Source: an uncultured Bacilli bacterium
GTDB lineage: Bacteria; Bacillota_I; Bacilli_A; RF39; UBA660
Direction of reading: 5' to 3'
Assembly: GCA_934086815.1 (NCBI GenBank)
Contig: CAKOIM010000001.1
Coordinates: 14,366 to 78,365, forward strand
DNA length: 64,000 nucleotides
The notes under the pieces were generated by a model, which worked only from the letters and a program-made list of their open reading frames with translations, had not been told where the DNA came from and made no database searches. Both the position numbers and the translations under genes were made by a program. Every line of letters starts with the position of its first letter. Within the stretch, counting starts at the first letter, position 1. This document shows positions 62,673 through 64,000 of this stretch, piece after piece.

Positions 62673-63586
62673 TGATTCATTATAGTGTTTTGAAAAAAGA
62701 AGCAATAGAGGGATTGAATATTAAAAGTGATGGTATTTATGTTGATGCTACAATAGGTTATGCTGGGCATTCTAAAGAAATACTTAAAAATATACCTAAT
62801 GGATATTTATACGGTTTTGACCAAGATGAAAATGCTGTTAAATATTCCGAGGAACTTTTAGGCAATATTAATAATAACTTTAAAATATTTAATACTAATT
62901 TTGTTTCCTTAAATGAGTGCTTAGATAGTGATAATGTATCTTTAGTAGATGGTATATTATTTGATTTAGGTTTTTCATCTCCGCAAGTAGATGATGCTAA
63001 AAGAGGTTTTTCCTTTATGAGAGAAGGAGCTTTAGATATGCGGATGTCAAACTCGGGTAAAAGTGCAAAAGATATAATAGATACTTATAGTGAAGATGAG
63101 TTAGTGAAGATATTTTTTAAATATGGTGAAGAACAAAGAAGTAGAATTATTGCTAAAAAAATATTTGATAATCATGAAAATATTAATACAACTTTAGAGC
63201 TTGTTGAAACGATAAAAAATGCTGTCGGGGCTAATTACTTTTATAAGAAACACCCAGAAAGACAAATATTTCAAGCTTTAAGAATAGAGGTAAATAATGA
63301 ACTTGGAGTTTTAGAAAAAGTTTTACCAGAAGCTATAAATAGGTTAAAAAAAGGGGGAAGAATAGCAGTTATAACATTTCATTCCCTAGAAGATAGAATA
63401 GTTAAAAATATTTTTAGAGAATATAGTGAAATTGATGAAATGGTAAAGGGATTAATAGATATACCAGAGGAATATTTACCTAAAATAAAATTAATAAATA
63501 AAAAACCTATTATTGCAAGTGAAGAAGAATTAAAAGAAAATCCACGAAGTAAAAGTGCAAAATTAAGAATAATTGAAAGGATCTGA
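62672..63586 (+). CDS. rsmH: 16S rRNA (cytosine1402-N4)-methyltransferase
   Basis: Contains HYSVLKKEAIEGL, DATIGYAGHS, DLGFSSPQVD and FHSLEDRIVK. Confidence 0.95.
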   Translation: MIHYSVLKKEAIEGLNIKSDGIYVDATIGYAGHSKEILKNIPNGYLYGFDQDENAVKYSEELLGNINNNFKIFNTNFVSLNECLDSDNVSLVDGILFDLGFSSPQVDDAKRGFSFMREGALDMRMSNSGKSAKDIIDTYSEDELVKIFFKYGEEQRSRIIAKKIFDNHENINTTLELVETIKNAVGANYFYKKHPERQIFQALRIEVNNELGVLEKVLPEAINRLKKGGRIAVITFHSLEDRIVKNIFREYSEIDEMVKGLIDIPEEYLPKIKLINKKPIIASEEELKENPRSKSAKLRIIERI

Positions 63587-63590
63587 TTAG

Positions 63591-63887
63591 ATGGCTAAAA
63601 AGGGAAAAAAAGTAAAATTATTAAAGGGTGAAAAGATGATGTATTTTCTATTACTTTTTTTAATAATTGCTATACCTATGTTTAATGTTTATACAAGTTC
63701 AATGTTATCTGAAACTAATAATGAACTTGAAAAAGTAAAAAGAAATATTGAAAAGCAAGAATTGGCAAATCAAAGTCTAAATATGCAAATAGATGAGCTT
63801 GCTAGTTTAGAAAATATTCAAAGTATTGCACAAGAATATGGATTGTCGTATAATAATAGTAATATAAAGTCTGTTGGAGGAAATTAA
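63591..63887 (+). CDS. ftsL: FtsL-like cell division protein
   Basis: 98 aa with a single TM helix (MMYFLLLFLIIAIPMFNVY) followed by coiled coil. It sits after rsmH. Confidence 0.6.
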   Translation: MAKKGKKVKLLKGEKMMYFLLLFLIIAIPMFNVYTSSMLSETNNELEKVKRNIEKQELANQSLNMQIDELASLENIQSIAQEYGLSYNNSNIKSVGGN

Positions 63888-63890
63888 TAT

Positions 63891-64000
63891 ATGAAAAGAA
63901 GAGCTACGGTTAAAATATCTGCATTTATTATTTTATTAGTAGCTCTTTTATTTGTTTTAATAATTATGAAGTTATCTTATGTTGTTTTAAGTGATAAGGT
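63891..64000 (+). CDS. 5' end of a probable penicillin-binding protein (FtsI/PBP2B position); continues beyond the window
   Basis: ATG 63891 begins MKRRATVKISAFIILLVALLFVLIIMKLSYVVLSDK, an N-terminal TM anchor. It follows ftsL in dcw-cluster order. Assigned from context only. Confidence 0.45.
   Translation, partial: MKRRATVKISAFIILLVALLFVLIIMKLSYVVLSDK

Noticed and set aside
1-64000. I scanned the whole window for prophage, IS, integrative-element or defence-island hallmarks near the two tRNA genes.
   Set aside because: I found no integrase, transposase, recombinase, terminal inverted repeats or tRNA-fragment direct repeats. The genes flanking both tRNAs are housekeeping genes or isolated hypotheticals.

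Overview
This is a very AT-rich chromosomal window from a low-GC Gram-positive (Bacillota) genome. It uses the standard genetic code and nearly all genes are on the + strand. Gene content suggests a spore-forming, Erysipelotrichia/Mollicutes-like lineage, but that is only a guess: a pro-sigma-K-like factor, a YqfD-like fragment, CIRCE in front of a clpB that lacks its N domain, and a ThrRS that lacks its TGS domain. The backbone is housekeeping: ybeY-dgkA-era-(yqzL-like)-recO-tdk, glyQS, sepF-divIVA, deoC, T-box-thrS, the L20-leader-infC-rpmI-rplT operon, rpsO-pnp, rpsB-tsf, clpB, rpsP-khpA, sigK-like, polA-mutM, T-box-ileS, yqeG-yqeH, mutL, yceD-rpmF, nfeD-SPFH, mraZ-rsmH-ftsL-pbp, plus tRNA-Lys(CUU) and tRNA-Arg(CCG). 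I saw no rRNA, CRISPR array, integrase or transposase. Accessory-looking content is interleaved with the backbone. It includes two paralogous secreted/surface proteins (23785..25311 and 30900..32117) that flank rpsB-tsf. It also includes LemA/DUF2207, an AbiEi-like orphan, a compact UvrD-like helicase, a degenerate alanine-racemase paralog, a membrane-anchored serpin, an MBOAT/SGNH pair, an NPKTG-anchored protein and a tandem pair of HExxH/RExxH paralogs. The strongest lead is that both paralogous surface proteins carry a roughly 100-nt, A-depleted, GC-rich, hypervariable block on a conserved W-T-L..R-A-F..V-R-P-V scaffold at the 3' end. That is the compositional and positional signature of a diversity-generating retroelement (DGR) variable region. 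The second copy is followed by a G/C-only run and a roughly 250-nt GC-rich, hairpin-rich non-coding island, and is preceded by a perfect 15-nt x 5.7 tandem repeat filling its 5' UTR. No reverse transcriptase or convincing template repeat is in the window, so this remains a hypothesis. A second notable point is that ribosomal proteins L20 and S2 both carry the same Rho_N/SAP-like C-terminal module, with 51 nt nearly identical between the two genes. All coordinates, counts and alignments were done by eye, and no database search was possible.
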